A stretch of 36,980 nucleotides of DNA from Desulfurellaceae bacterium (lineage in GTDB: Bacteria > Campylobacterota_A > Desulfurellia > JAGGSF01): positions 1-36,980 of the forward strand of contig JAGMDW010000185.1 of the NCBI GenBank assembly GCA_023128455.1, given 5' to 3'. The stretch's first letter is position 1, and each line of letters begins with the position of its first letter. The notes beneath the pieces were generated by a model. It was not told where the DNA came from, did no database searches, and saw only the letters and a list, made by a program, of their open reading frames with translations. A program made the translations under genes and the position numbers. Of this stretch, positions 1 through 9,377 are shown piece after piece.

Positions 1-58
1 GACAAGAAGTGGCTGAAATTCTTTTCTTTTGATTAAACTAAAGAAACCAACAAACTAT

Positions 59-451
59 TTAAGCCTCAAAGAAAAGTTTTACTTCTTCCTCGGGTAGATT
101 TAATTTCTTTGAAATAGAAGAAATATCATAGCCTTTTTCTTCCAAATTTAAGATTTTATCCTTTAAATCCGGTGTGTCTTTCAATTTTTCCCAGATAGAA
201 AACAAATGCAAAAACATCTCATTTTTCTGTTTAATATCTTCTAACAGTTCCTGCCTATCTTTTTGATAATTTGCCATCTCAGATTTTAATTTCTCGGCTA
301 AGATGCGTTCTTTTTCCATTAGGTTCTTTGCCATATCCATTAAAGTCAAGAATGTTACCTTTTGTCTTTTCTGTATAAACTTATCTACTACTAAATACAA
401 TACGACCATTACATCAAATATAGCCTGGCAGATGAAAAAGGTCTCACTCAT
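59..451 (-). CDS. Hypothetical membrane-anchored protein: N-terminal TM helix, coiled coil, C-terminal HTH-like motif (DUF2802/DUF6115-like)
   Basis: 130-aa ORF with a 4-nt overlap with the upstream prenyltransferase. It has a hydrophobic N-terminus (FFICQAIFDVMVVLYLVV), a charged helical middle and a C-terminal GYDISSISKKLNLPEEEVKLF. Confidence 0.65.
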   Translation of the reverse strand: MSETFFICQAIFDVMVVLYLVVDKFIQKRQKVTFLTLMDMAKNLMEKERILAEKLKSEMANYQKDRQELLEDIKQKNEMFLHLFSIWEKLKDTPDLKDKILNLEEKGYDISSISKKLNLPEEEVKLFFEA

Positions 452-1290
452 AATATTAAAATATCCATAAAAACAAACACAAACAGGGTAATACTAATAT
501 AACCATTGATATTAAAGAAAGCAATATTGATCTTATCCAACTCACGAGGACGGGCAAGCAGGTGTTCATAGATTAGGAGGAAAGCAGATATAATAACAGC
601 TATATAAGAAAAGATATGCAGTCCGCAATAATAAAAGGCAAGGAAAAACAGAACAACAGTAAAAAGGTGAAACAGACGAGCAACAATCAAAGCTTTATCT
701 TCGCCCAAAGACACGGGTAAGGAATAAAGACCTGCCTTTTTATCAAATTCCACATCTTGAAGACTATACAGAATATCAAATCCTGCTATCCAGAACATCA
801 CACCTAAAGAAAGAAAAATTGCATCTAAACCAAAACTTGCTTTTGCTGCTATATAGCCACCCAAAGGAGCAATCGCATCCGTAGCTCCCAAATACAGATG
901 ACATAAAGGTGTGAATCTCTTGCTATAAGAATAAGTGAGAATAAAAAAAAGGGCAATGGGAGAAAGCATAAAGCACAAATTGTTTAAACAAAATGCAGAA
1001 AACTCAAATACGATAAGTGAAACAATGGTAAATATCCACGCATTTCTTACTTTCACCTTGCCTGCTGGTATCTCTCTATTTTTCGTGCGTATATTTAACG
1101 CATCAAATCTTCGATCTATAATCCTATTCAAAGTCATCGCCGCCGAACGAGCACTGATCATCGCAACAACGATAAAAAAAATAATTCTTAAAGGGGGGAT
1201 AGCATGAATTGCCATCAACGCACCCACAAAGGCAAAGGGAAAGGCAAAGATAGTATGCTCTACCTTTATCATCCTAAGGATTTTTATCAT
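448..1290 (-). CDS. UbiA-family polyprenyltransferase, MqnP-like (futalosine menaquinone pathway)
   Basis: IKVEHTIFAFPFA start, Asp-rich motifs NRIIDRRFD..N.RT..R.IP and GFDILYSLQDVEFD, multiple TM helices, C-terminal AFFNING. Confidence 0.88.
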   Translation of the reverse strand: MIKILRMIKVEHTIFAFPFAFVGALMAIHAIPPLRIIFFIVVAMISARSAAMTLNRIIDRRFDALNIRTKNREIPAGKVKVRNAWIFTIVSLIVFEFSAFCLNNLCFMLSPIALFFILTYSYSKRFTPLCHLYLGATDAIAPLGGYIAAKASFGLDAIFLSLGVMFWIAGFDILYSLQDVEFDKKAGLYSLPVSLGEDKALIVARLFHLFTVVLFFLAFYYCGLHIFSYIAVIISAFLLIYEHLLARPRELDKINIAFFNINGYISITLFVFVFMDILIL

Positions 1291-1831
1291 ACTTCTTAAA
1301 ATAGGATATAAAATACATTGCGCCAGAAAATAAAGTCAAAATCACGACAAGATAAAATAGATATAATCCATATATCTTAAATTTAGACAAAAGTAACAAT
1401 ATGCAGATAAGCTGCAAAGCAGTTTTCCATTTACCCGCCCACTTTGCTTCCAACACCACTTTCTGGACAGCCATACTCCTTAAACTGGTTACAGCCAGTT
1501 CTCTAACTATAATAAGAATAACCGCCCAAAAGGGAATATGAATGGTTTCTATCATTGTTATGAATATAGAACATATGAGAATCTTATCGGATAGGGGATC
1601 AAGAAATTTCCCAACATCAGTGATCAATTTCATCCGTCTGGCAATTAAACCATCCAAAACATCAGTGGCAGCGGCAGCAAGAACAAGCAACATAGCAATA
1701 ATATTGGAAAAATCAGTATTGATATAAATACAAATAACTATTGGTATAGTCAAAAATATCCTTGATAAGGAAAGAATATTGGGAAGATTATTTCTGGATA
1801 CTTTGGAGAAGTTCTCTTGCATCTTTGTCAT
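1274..1831 (-). CDS. pgsA: CDP-diacylglycerol--glycerol-3-phosphate 3-phosphatidyltransferase
   Basis: NLPNILSLSRI, CDP-alcohol phosphotransferase motif TDVLDGLIARR..ITDVGKFLDPLSDK, RELAVTSLR and GKWKT. The true start may be ATG 1822. Confidence 0.92.
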   Translation of the reverse strand: MTKMQENFSKVSRNNLPNILSLSRIFLTIPIVICIYINTDFSNIIAMLLVLAAAATDVLDGLIARRMKLITDVGKFLDPLSDKILICSIFITMIETIHIPFWAVILIIVRELAVTSLRSMAVQKVVLEAKWAGKWKTALQLICILLLLSKFKIYGLYLFYLVVILTLFSGAMYFISYFKKYDKNP

Positions 1832-3431
1832 CCGGTTTAATCTTTAAAATTTTATTTACCATATCAATTGCTTCTTTTTTTCTGTTCAACTTTGCATATA
1901 CATTAGCTAAGTGTAACATGATAACGGGTTCATTTTTAACTACATTCAATGCCTTTTCTAAATACTCCAACGCCTTCCTATAATCATCCTGTTTATAATA
2001 ACCCCAGCCTAAGCTATCCAAATAATATCCATTGTTTGGAGAAATACTCAATGCTTTTTTTACCAACTCCATGCCTTTATTTACATTTATATCCTCTTCT
2101 ATATACAGATAACCTAAGTAATTCAAAGCGGAGGCATTGATTGGGTCTATATTTAATACTTTATTTAGATAATCAATGCTCTTGTTTACATCGTGCAAAT
2201 CTACATAATACACATCTGCTAAGTAATATGGGAAGTTTACATCAAGAGGAATCCTGCTCATTCCCTCTTGTAAAACATCCACAACCTTCAACCAGTCCTT
2301 TTTTTCCTCATACAAAGAGGCAAGTGAAAAATACAATTGACTATCTAAAGGTTTTAAGTCTATGGCTTTATTCAAAACTTCAATGGCTTCTTTCATTTTT
2401 TTCTCTTTTTTATACATATCTACAGTTCTCTGCACACCCAATGAGTAAAAACCACTACCTATCTTTATATAAGAGAAAAATTTCAGTGCCTGCGGGTAAT
2501 CTTCCTTAAAATAATAAGCCAAGCCTAAAAAGTAATTGACACGATCACTCTCCTCAATTCCGCGCAACCTACTCAGAACATCAACGGCTTTTTTATACTC
2601 TCCTCTTTTAATATACAGTATGCCCAATCTCTCCATAACATCTATATCTTTCTCGTGTTTAAGAAGTCGCTGGTATATTTTTTCTTCCTTTTGCGGCATA
2701 TTCAATTTTTCATAAGCCTGTGAAAGCTCAATCAACAAAGGCACCTTGTCTCCCACCTTATCTAAGGCATATTCATAAAAAGAAACCATCTTTTTAAACT
2801 TACCCTCATCCATATATATATCCCCTACTAAAAGAGCCATCTTAGCTGATTGTTCATTCAAACTGTATGCTTTCTTAGCATAGATAAGGGCAGTTTTGTA
2901 AAAATGTCCCTCCCTGTATTCCAAGGCAATGTAAAAAAGTAATGAGGTATCATCAGGATTAAAAGACAAACCTTCTCTCCATATCTTTAAGGCTTCTGCA
3001 ACATCACCCTTACTCACACTGATAAGCCCCCATCTCAAATATATATCCGCATCATGAAACCTGTGAGACGCATCACGAAGAACAACAACCGATTCATCAA
3101 CTCTTGAAAGCTGCAAAAGCAAACTAGATAGTAAAAGATAGGCAGATTTTCTATTCGGATCTATATTAATAGTCATTCGCAAAAGACGAATACTCTTTTC
3201 AGGATCCCCTCTTGCTAAAAGCCTGGCATATTCCTCATAAAAAAGCGGCTTTTTGCTATTCTTTAGCATCCATTCATATTCTGCTTTTGCCTTATCAATC
3301 TTATGTTCATTTATGTAGATATGAGCAAGCATATAATGATAATAAAGAGACGACGAATGATATGTTTTAATCTGAGGCGTAGCACATGCACACAAGAAAA
3401 AAAGCATAATTAACAGGACTATTTTTTTCAC
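1788..3431 (-). CDS. TPR-repeat lipoprotein (LbcA/PA4667-like)
   Basis: Signal peptide with lipobox LCA-C (Cys16), many TPR repeats, and C-terminal ALNYLGY...DSLGWGYY...EPVIMLHLANVY motifs. Confidence 0.85.
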   Translation of the reverse strand: MKKIVLLIMLFFLCACATPQIKTYHSSSLYYHYMLAHIYINEHKIDKAKAEYEWMLKNSKKPLFYEEYARLLARGDPEKSIRLLRMTINIDPNRKSAYLLLSSLLLQLSRVDESVVVLRDASHRFHDADIYLRWGLISVSKGDVAEALKIWREGLSFNPDDTSLLFYIALEYREGHFYKTALIYAKKAYSLNEQSAKMALLVGDIYMDEGKFKKMVSFYEYALDKVGDKVPLLIELSQAYEKLNMPQKEEKIYQRLLKHEKDIDVMERLGILYIKRGEYKKAVDVLSRLRGIEESDRVNYFLGLAYYFKEDYPQALKFFSYIKIGSGFYSLGVQRTVDMYKKEKKMKEAIEVLNKAIDLKPLDSQLYFSLASLYEEKKDWLKVVDVLQEGMSRIPLDVNFPYYLADVYYVDLHDVNKSIDYLNKVLNIDPINASALNYLGYLYIEEDINVNKGMELVKKALSISPNNGYYLDSLGWGYYKQDDYRKALEYLEKALNVVKNEPVIMLHLANVYAKLNRKKEAIDMVNKILKIKPDDKDARELLQSIQK

Positions 3432-5224
3432 GATATTTCCCTCAATCTCTCAACCAGACGATAAGCCTGTTTCATACTTATCTTTCCCACCTTAGCCACT
3501 TTATTACAATCTGCTTTAGCAATTGCCTCTATGCTACCAAAGTGCCTTAAAAGCAACCTTTTTCTGGCCTGAGCTACACCTTCAACCCTATCTAACAGGG
3601 AGGTGAGCACCATTTTTCTCCTCTTTGTGCGATGAAAACTCAATGCAAACCTATGCACCTCATCCCTCAGCTTTTGAAAAAAACGCAAGACATCATCGTC
3701 CACATCTATTCTACCTTCTTTCGTATAAATCCTATCCAAAACATCCCCTTTCGCTCTTCTCACTTTATCATTTATTTTCTCTTTAGCAATGCCTGCCACA
3801 GAAATACAGCGAGGGACAACTTCTCTTACAACATCTGCATGTTGCATTCCTCCATCTACCAAAATCACATGCGGCATACTCCTTCCCTCTTTCTGTATAT
3901 TCTTTATATGCCTCATCGCAAGCTCACACATCCAATCCAAATCACAAACACCTTTTTCCATACTAAAACGCCTATACATATCCTTGACAAATCCCCTGCT
4001 GTATCTCACGCTCGCACCTGCTACATTCGTTCCTCCAATATGGGAAACATCATACACATCAAATATATAAGGAATCTTTTTTAAAGACAAATATTCTTTT
4101 ATCTTTTCTAATATTACATCTTCTGTATGCACCTTCCGAAGATATATCTGAAGATTTGTTTGCGCATTTTTCTCACTTTTTCTTAAAAGATTCACTTTTT
4201 TACCTCTCCTGGGCACGACCAATTTTGTATTCAATAACTCCTGTATTATCTCTCTTTTTATCAACTTACTTGTTACAATTTCTTTCGGAAGAAACTCACC
4301 TTTTAAATAATATTGTACAATAAAATCTTCCCTTATCTCAAAAGAATCATCCACATTTTCCAAAAAAAATGAACGACTGGCAGTGATGTTACCATCTCTA
4401 ACCGAAAGAATATTAGCACACAAAGTACCATGCTCATAAGCGAAACCTATAACATCTGCCGTATAGTTTCTCATTTCTACAATCTCTTGTCCTTTGTAAA
4501 AAAGCCTGACCGCATTTATCCTATCCCTCAATCTTGCAGCTTTCTCAAAATTTAAGTTTTCTGCGCATTGCTTCATCTGCTCCTTTAGCTTTTTTACCAA
4601 TTCTCTTCCATTGCCCTGTAAAAGCAGTTTTAATTCTTCCACTATTTTCCCATATTCTCCTTCACTAATCTTTCCGCAACAAGGAGCGGAACACAGACCC
4701 ATCTGATAGTAGATGCACGGTTCTTCCCTCGCTAAACAAAAACTGATTTTCCTCTGAATTATAGGAAATGTTCTCCGTAAAACCCTTAGTATTCCTCCTA
4801 ATTTTTTTACAGGAGTAATGGGTCCAACATAGAGGTCACCTTTCTTTTTTACACGTCGAGCCAATGTAAGAGAGGGAAATTTCTGGGACAGTGTAAGCCT
4901 CAGGTAAGGGTAACTCTTATCATCTCGCAAAACGATGTTATAGGGAGGACGATATTCCTTGATGAAACTGCATTCCAACAGATACGCCTCTTTCTCTTTT
5001 TCTACCACGACAATTTCTATTTCCCCTGCTTCATTTACCATTGCTTGCTTGAACGGTGAAAGGGTTTCTGAGTGCAGGTAAGAAGATACCCGCTTTCTCA
5101 AATTCTTAGCTTTCCCCACATAAATTATTTCATCTTCTCTATTCCTTATGAGATATACTCCTGTTTTCTGCGGTATGTTTTGAAGCTGGGTTTTGTTATC
5201 AAATATATTCAATTTTATGCCCAT
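3428..5224 (-). CDS. uvrC: Excinuclease ABC subunit C
   Basis: GIY-YIG domain (GVYL..IIYVGKAKNLRKRVSSY, YNIVLRDDKSYPY), UVR motif LNFEKAARLRD, RNase H-like DVSH/LVDGG/RDEVHRFA and C-terminal HhH. Confidence 0.96.
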   Translation of the reverse strand: MGIKLNIFDNKTQLQNIPQKTGVYLIRNREDEIIYVGKAKNLRKRVSSYLHSETLSPFKQAMVNEAGEIEIVVVEKEKEAYLLECSFIKEYRPPYNIVLRDDKSYPYLRLTLSQKFPSLTLARRVKKKGDLYVGPITPVKKLGGILRVLRRTFPIIQRKISFCLAREEPCIYYQMGLCSAPCCGKISEGEYGKIVEELKLLLQGNGRELVKKLKEQMKQCAENLNFEKAARLRDRINAVRLFYKGQEIVEMRNYTADVIGFAYEHGTLCANILSVRDGNITASRSFFLENVDDSFEIREDFIVQYYLKGEFLPKEIVTSKLIKREIIQELLNTKLVVPRRGKKVNLLRKSEKNAQTNLQIYLRKVHTEDVILEKIKEYLSLKKIPYIFDVYDVSHIGGTNVAGASVRYSRGFVKDMYRRFSMEKGVCDLDWMCELAMRHIKNIQKEGRSMPHVILVDGGMQHADVVREVVPRCISVAGIAKEKINDKVRRAKGDVLDRIYTKEGRIDVDDDVLRFFQKLRDEVHRFALSFHRTKRRKMVLTSLLDRVEGVAQARKRLLLRHFGSIEAIAKADCNKVAKVGKISMKQAYRLVERLREIS

Positions 5225-6279
5225 AAAACCTTCTCATACACATCTATATACCTTTTTACCATTTCTTGAGGAGAGAAGAAAGTTCCTCTCTTCTTCCCTG
5301 CAGCGATAAGTGTATCCCTCAATTTTTCATCCTTAAAAATGCGCTCTACAGCATGAAAAATGGCCGATGCATCGTTGGGAGGAACAACGAGACATGCCCC
5401 TTCACCTATCTCTCTTATCCCTCCTACATCCGTAGCCACAACGGGAATACCAAACCAAAACGCCTCTTTTAACACAGCAGGCGAGCCTTCCCCCTCTGTA
5501 GAACTGATCACCACTACGTCCGCAGCAGGATAAAGTTTTTCTACATCATCTACAAAGCCCAACAGATAAACATTGCTTAACCCCTTATCACTTATCATCT
5601 TTTGTAACATACCTTTGTCGCCGCCTCCGGCAACCAAAAGATAAATCCTTCTATTCAATAAAGCAAAAGCATCCAATAAAATCTTTTGTCCCTTCATGGG
5701 TAAAATGTTCCCTACATTTAATATTACCATTCCATCTACAGGCAACCCAAGTCTTTCTCTTGCCACACTCCTTGAAATATCATTTCCCCTAATATCCACT
5801 GCACTATGTATAACATACAATTTTCTATCATCGATAAAAGAAAAAGTATCTTTAATAGACGAACAAACACAGACAATGGCATCATGTAACCTATATTTGG
5901 TTTTTTTAAAAAATCCTTTGATCTGATAACTAACCCTTCTGGTGTGCACTGTCTTTATTCCCCAAAGCTTTAAAAAAGCAGAATAAAAAGCACCATGAGC
6001 AGTATGAGAATGAACAATAGAAAAATTCCTTTTTTTCACAAAAGATAAATTCTTCAGTGCGCTTTGTAAATCCCATTCTCCTTTAAAAGGAACTGTAACA
6101 CATTCAAACTCACTTCCTATTTTTTCCCTCAATACAGCACTTTTTTTTAAAGCAAATACGCTTTCTATCCCCTCATCTCTCAATCCTCTTGCCAGAATTA
6201 AAGCCTGTTTTTGTCCTCCGCCAAATCTCTTCTCCGTATCTATATGCAGAACGCTAAATTTTTCTGTACATACCGCCAT
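5215..6279 (-). CDS. Glycosyltransferase family 4 (LPS core biosynthesis, putative)
   Basis: HIDTE..FGGGQKQ N-terminus, HSHTAH, KGQ and EX7E motif EGSPAVLKE..G.PVVATDVGG. Confidence 0.9.
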   Translation of the reverse strand: MAVCTEKFSVLHIDTEKRFGGGQKQALILARGLRDEGIESVFALKKSAVLREKIGSEFECVTVPFKGEWDLQSALKNLSFVKKRNFSIVHSHTAHGAFYSAFLKLWGIKTVHTRRVSYQIKGFFKKTKYRLHDAIVCVCSSIKDTFSFIDDRKLYVIHSAVDIRGNDISRSVARERLGLPVDGMVILNVGNILPMKGQKILLDAFALLNRRIYLLVAGGGDKGMLQKMISDKGLSNVYLLGFVDDVEKLYPAADVVVISSTEGEGSPAVLKEAFWFGIPVVATDVGGIREIGEGACLVVPPNDASAIFHAVERIFKDEKLRDTLIAAGKKRGTFFSPQEMVKRYIDVYEKVLWA

Positions 6280-7345
6280 ACAACTTTGCTCTCAATTTAT
6301 TTGAATAAAGCCTAATGCGAGACTTAAACCAGTTCAAATCCTTCTTCCACACATTAAATCTCTTTATAAAAAGCGCATCATCACCTGGCGAATTGGAGCC
6401 GGGTTTAGTGGTAAATAGATACTTAAACCCCACTTCCTGCGCTACTTTTATACTCAAATCATCGTATGCTCCCCAAGGCCAACTAAATGCAGAGCATCTC
6501 TTCATTATCTCACCTTCTATTTCCCCCTTGCCTATAAATAATACATTTTTTATCCTCTTACAGCGTTCTTCATCTGTTTCCATTCTTCCTATTTTCCCAT
6601 GTCTTTTGTGATAATCTTCCACTATATCTTCCAATCTTTCTTTCCATCTGTCTTGTTTAAAAAAATTCACATAACCGTTATTCAATACATATTTTGCTAA
6701 TTCATCATTCAACGGTTTATCGGGAATAAAACGATTGTTTGCCAACTCTGGTTTTCTTAAAAAATTAAGTGTTCCATAACGTTCATCACCATCTATAATC
6801 TCCCATATACTATTTTTCTTTCTGGGTTGATTAAACCCTCTAATTTTACTATCTGCATAAACTTTACGATGACGCTTAGTATGAGACTGCACATCAAAAA
6901 CAGTCTTATTCATCTGCCTCACCTCTTCCCAGCATAATCTTCGTTCTGTCTTTGCTGGATAATTATCTACTATACTCCAGGTAGGCATACAGGGGCACAG
7001 CCTCTCTTTTTTTATTCTCCCCTGCCATACATCTTGCAGGCTAAAACTGCAGGTTGTCTCTTCTTCCACCATCCATGTAGCCAAGAACAATAAGGCTTTA
7101 AAGTCATACTTTTTAAGTAAAGGACAGGCATAAACCCAATTGTCTAAATAACCATCATCAAATGTAATACACACCATCTTCTGCCAATTTTTTTTGCCTT
7201 CTTTCATATACAGGGCAAGCTCTTCTAATCCAATAGACCTATAACCTTCTCCTCTTAAGAATTTTAACTGTTCCTCAAAAAGCTCGGGTGGAATCCCTTC
7301 CTCATTTATATGATGATATAGAAGAACGGGTACGCTGGTTTGCAT
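6254..7345 (-). CDS. Polysaccharide deacetylase (CE4/NodB family) with large internal insertion
   Basis: VPVLLYHH, motif 1 TFDDG, motif 2 SHTKRH and motif 3 WPWG. Strong SD AAGGAGG upstream of ATG 7345. Confidence 0.88.
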   Translation of the reverse strand: MQTSVPVLLYHHINEEGIPPELFEEQLKFLRGEGYRSIGLEELALYMKEGKKNWQKMVCITFDDGYLDNWVYACPLLKKYDFKALLFLATWMVEEETTCSFSLQDVWQGRIKKERLCPCMPTWSIVDNYPAKTERRLCWEEVRQMNKTVFDVQSHTKRHRKVYADSKIRGFNQPRKKNSIWEIIDGDERYGTLNFLRKPELANNRFIPDKPLNDELAKYVLNNGYVNFFKQDRWKERLEDIVEDYHKRHGKIGRMETDEERCKRIKNVLFIGKGEIEGEIMKRCSAFSWPWGAYDDLSIKVAQEVGFKYLFTTKPGSNSPGDDALFIKRFNVWKKDLNWFKSRIRLYSNKLRAKLYGGMYRKI

Positions 7346-8345
7346 ATTGCGATACCTCCTTTACTTTATCAAAAACATCATCAACTGAAATCATCTTCAT
7401 GCACTGGTAATCCTTTTTACATACATCTGTTCCATGAAGCGAGCAAGGACGGCACGGCATGTCTACTTCCGCCACCCTTACCTCTTTACCTCGAGGATAA
7501 AAACCAAACTCAGACACCGTAGGACCAAATATAACCACCAGTGGAATACGAAAAGCATTGGCTATATGCATCAAACCAGAATCATTGCTTACAAAAATAT
7601 TCATAAAGCTGATTAATGCAATTGCCTCTTTTATCGTCAATCTACCCATAAGGTTGTATGTCCTGTGAGGACAAACAATTTCAATCCGACCGCCTATTTC
7701 TTTATTCTCTCCAAACAAAAATAAAACAGCATTTTTATTCCAGGATAGTATTTTCTCAGCCAATGCACTGTATTTATCTACTCCCCACATCTTCGTTTTC
7801 CAGCTGCTATCCGCTGCAAAACCTACTAAAAACCTATTTTTAAAGTGGTTACCCATCATTTCTGACACATTATTCTCCGTATCTTTATCTACAAAGAGAT
7901 GAGGAAAAGAACCCTTATTCTGAACGCCCAGCAGAGATAATTGCCATTCAATCACTCCGCCCAAAGGTTTCTTAGTAGAAAGTAATCTTAAAAATCTGTT
8001 TTTTTTTATCAAGGAAAGTCTAAACAAGGTATATTTGCACACATGCAAATATTGCCGCTTTTTTATTAAAAGAGAAAACATTTTGCTCCGCAGGGAACTA
8101 TGTAAATCAAACACAATATCGAACTTTTCCTTCCCTACTTTATTTACCAGAGAAACTATAGATTCATTTTCCTCCAAACATACAACACGATCAATATAAG
8201 GGTTGTCCTCTATTACATCTTTGTATTTACATTTTGTTATATAAGTAACAAATGCGTTAGAATATATCTCCTTTAAAGAATGAATGAAAGTTGTGGAAAG
8301 TACTATATCACCCAGTGAACTAAAACGAATGACGAGTATTCTCAT
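7302..8345 (-). CDS. Glycosyltransferase family 9 (ADP-heptose:LPS heptosyltransferase)
   Basis: RFSSLGDIVL, DLHSSLRS, NDSGLMHIA, FGPT and CRPC motifs. Confidence 0.9.
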   Translation of the reverse strand: MRILVIRFSSLGDIVLSTTFIHSLKEIYSNAFVTYITKCKYKDVIEDNPYIDRVVCLEENESIVSLVNKVGKEKFDIVFDLHSSLRSKMFSLLIKKRQYLHVCKYTLFRLSLIKKNRFLRLLSTKKPLGGVIEWQLSLLGVQNKGSFPHLFVDKDTENNVSEMMGNHFKNRFLVGFAADSSWKTKMWGVDKYSALAEKILSWNKNAVLFLFGENKEIGGRIEIVCPHRTYNLMGRLTIKEAIALISFMNIFVSNDSGLMHIANAFRIPLVVIFGPTVSEFGFYPRGKEVRVAEVDMPCRPCSLHGTDVCKKDYQCMKMISVDDVFDKVKEVSQYANQRTRSSISSYK

Positions 8346-9369
8346 CTACAAACCTCTTCACCGCTACAAAAACCTCGTCTACGGAAATATCCAGCATACA
8401 TTTGAAATGTCCCTCACGACAATGAAAACTTCCGTGCTTTCCACAGGGACGACATCTTAAGCCCTTTCTTTCCATTACAGCACATCTCTTCCCCCAGGGA
8501 GAGAAACCAAACTCAGGCACTGTAGGACCGAATATAGCCACCGTAGGAACATTATAAGCACAAGCAATATGCATAGGACCAGAATCATTGGTTATAAAAA
8601 CATCCATTTGAGAGATAAGACAGAATAGTTCTTTCAATTTTGTCTTTCCAGCAAGATTTATAATACGTTCATTGTCACCCTTTATAAAAGAGGCTTCTTC
8701 TTTGTCCCTTTCCAATCCAAAGATGAATACCCGACCATGCAGCTCATTTATAATCCGTTGTGCAAGAGCTTTAAAGTTCTCCTTGGGCCATTTTTTAGTA
8801 GGCCATATAGAAAATGGATTTATACCTATCTTCAGTTCAGTTCTCACTCCATAAGCTTCAAATATGTTGCCACAAAATGCCTTCGCTTCTTCAGGACAAT
8901 AGAGTTCTGCATCATAACTCCATTTTTCCTTACCAATATTTAAAGGGTTTAAAAGAGATAGATTTCTTTCCACTTCGTGAATGTGGAGATCCCTTTCCAC
9001 AATCCTGTTATACACAAAAGGCATAGCAGAATCAGAAAAACCTATTCTCAACGGGATATGCGAAAACAGAACAAGCAATGAAGTACGCATGGAACGATGA
9101 GCAGATATTAAAACATCAAAGCGCTCTTGCTTTATTTCTTTTAGTTTTCTTATAAAACCGCTTACGCCATTTTCTTTGCCATGCTTGTCATATGTTATTA
9201 TTCCGGAAATATCTTCATTACCTGAAAATACATCACCATTTTGAGGTATGGTTAAACTCCAGACTTGAGCATCGGGAAAACTCTTTTTAATACTTTTTAT
9301 TAATGGCAGTGTTAGTATCGTATCTCCCAAAAAGGAGGTTTGAATGACAAGAATCTTTTTAAAATTCAT
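8320..9369 (-). CDS. waaF: Glycosyltransferase family 9, heptosyltransferase II-like
   Basis: QTSFLGDTIL, HEVERNL, W.TKKWP, NDSGPMHIA and FGPT motifs. Lies directly downstream of waaA. The exact waaF versus waaC-type role is inferred. Confidence 0.8.
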   Translation of the reverse strand: MNFKKILVIQTSFLGDTILTLPLIKSIKKSFPDAQVWSLTIPQNGDVFSGNEDISGIITYDKHGKENGVSGFIRKLKEIKQERFDVLISAHRSMRTSLLVLFSHIPLRIGFSDSAMPFVYNRIVERDLHIHEVERNLSLLNPLNIGKEKWSYDAELYCPEEAKAFCGNIFEAYGVRTELKIGINPFSIWPTKKWPKENFKALAQRIINELHGRVFIFGLERDKEEASFIKGDNERIINLAGKTKLKELFCLISQMDVFITNDSGPMHIACAYNVPTVAIFGPTVPEFGFSPWGKRCAVMERKGLRCRPCGKHGSFHCREGHFKCMLDISVDEVFVAVKRFVDENTRHSF

Positions 9370-9377
9370 TGTATATA

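Noticed and set aside
1-58. Possible 3' end of a convergent plus-strand gene (frame 1 DKKWLKFFSFD* or frame 3 QEVAEILFF*)
   Set aside because: Too short to choose a frame or assign a product.
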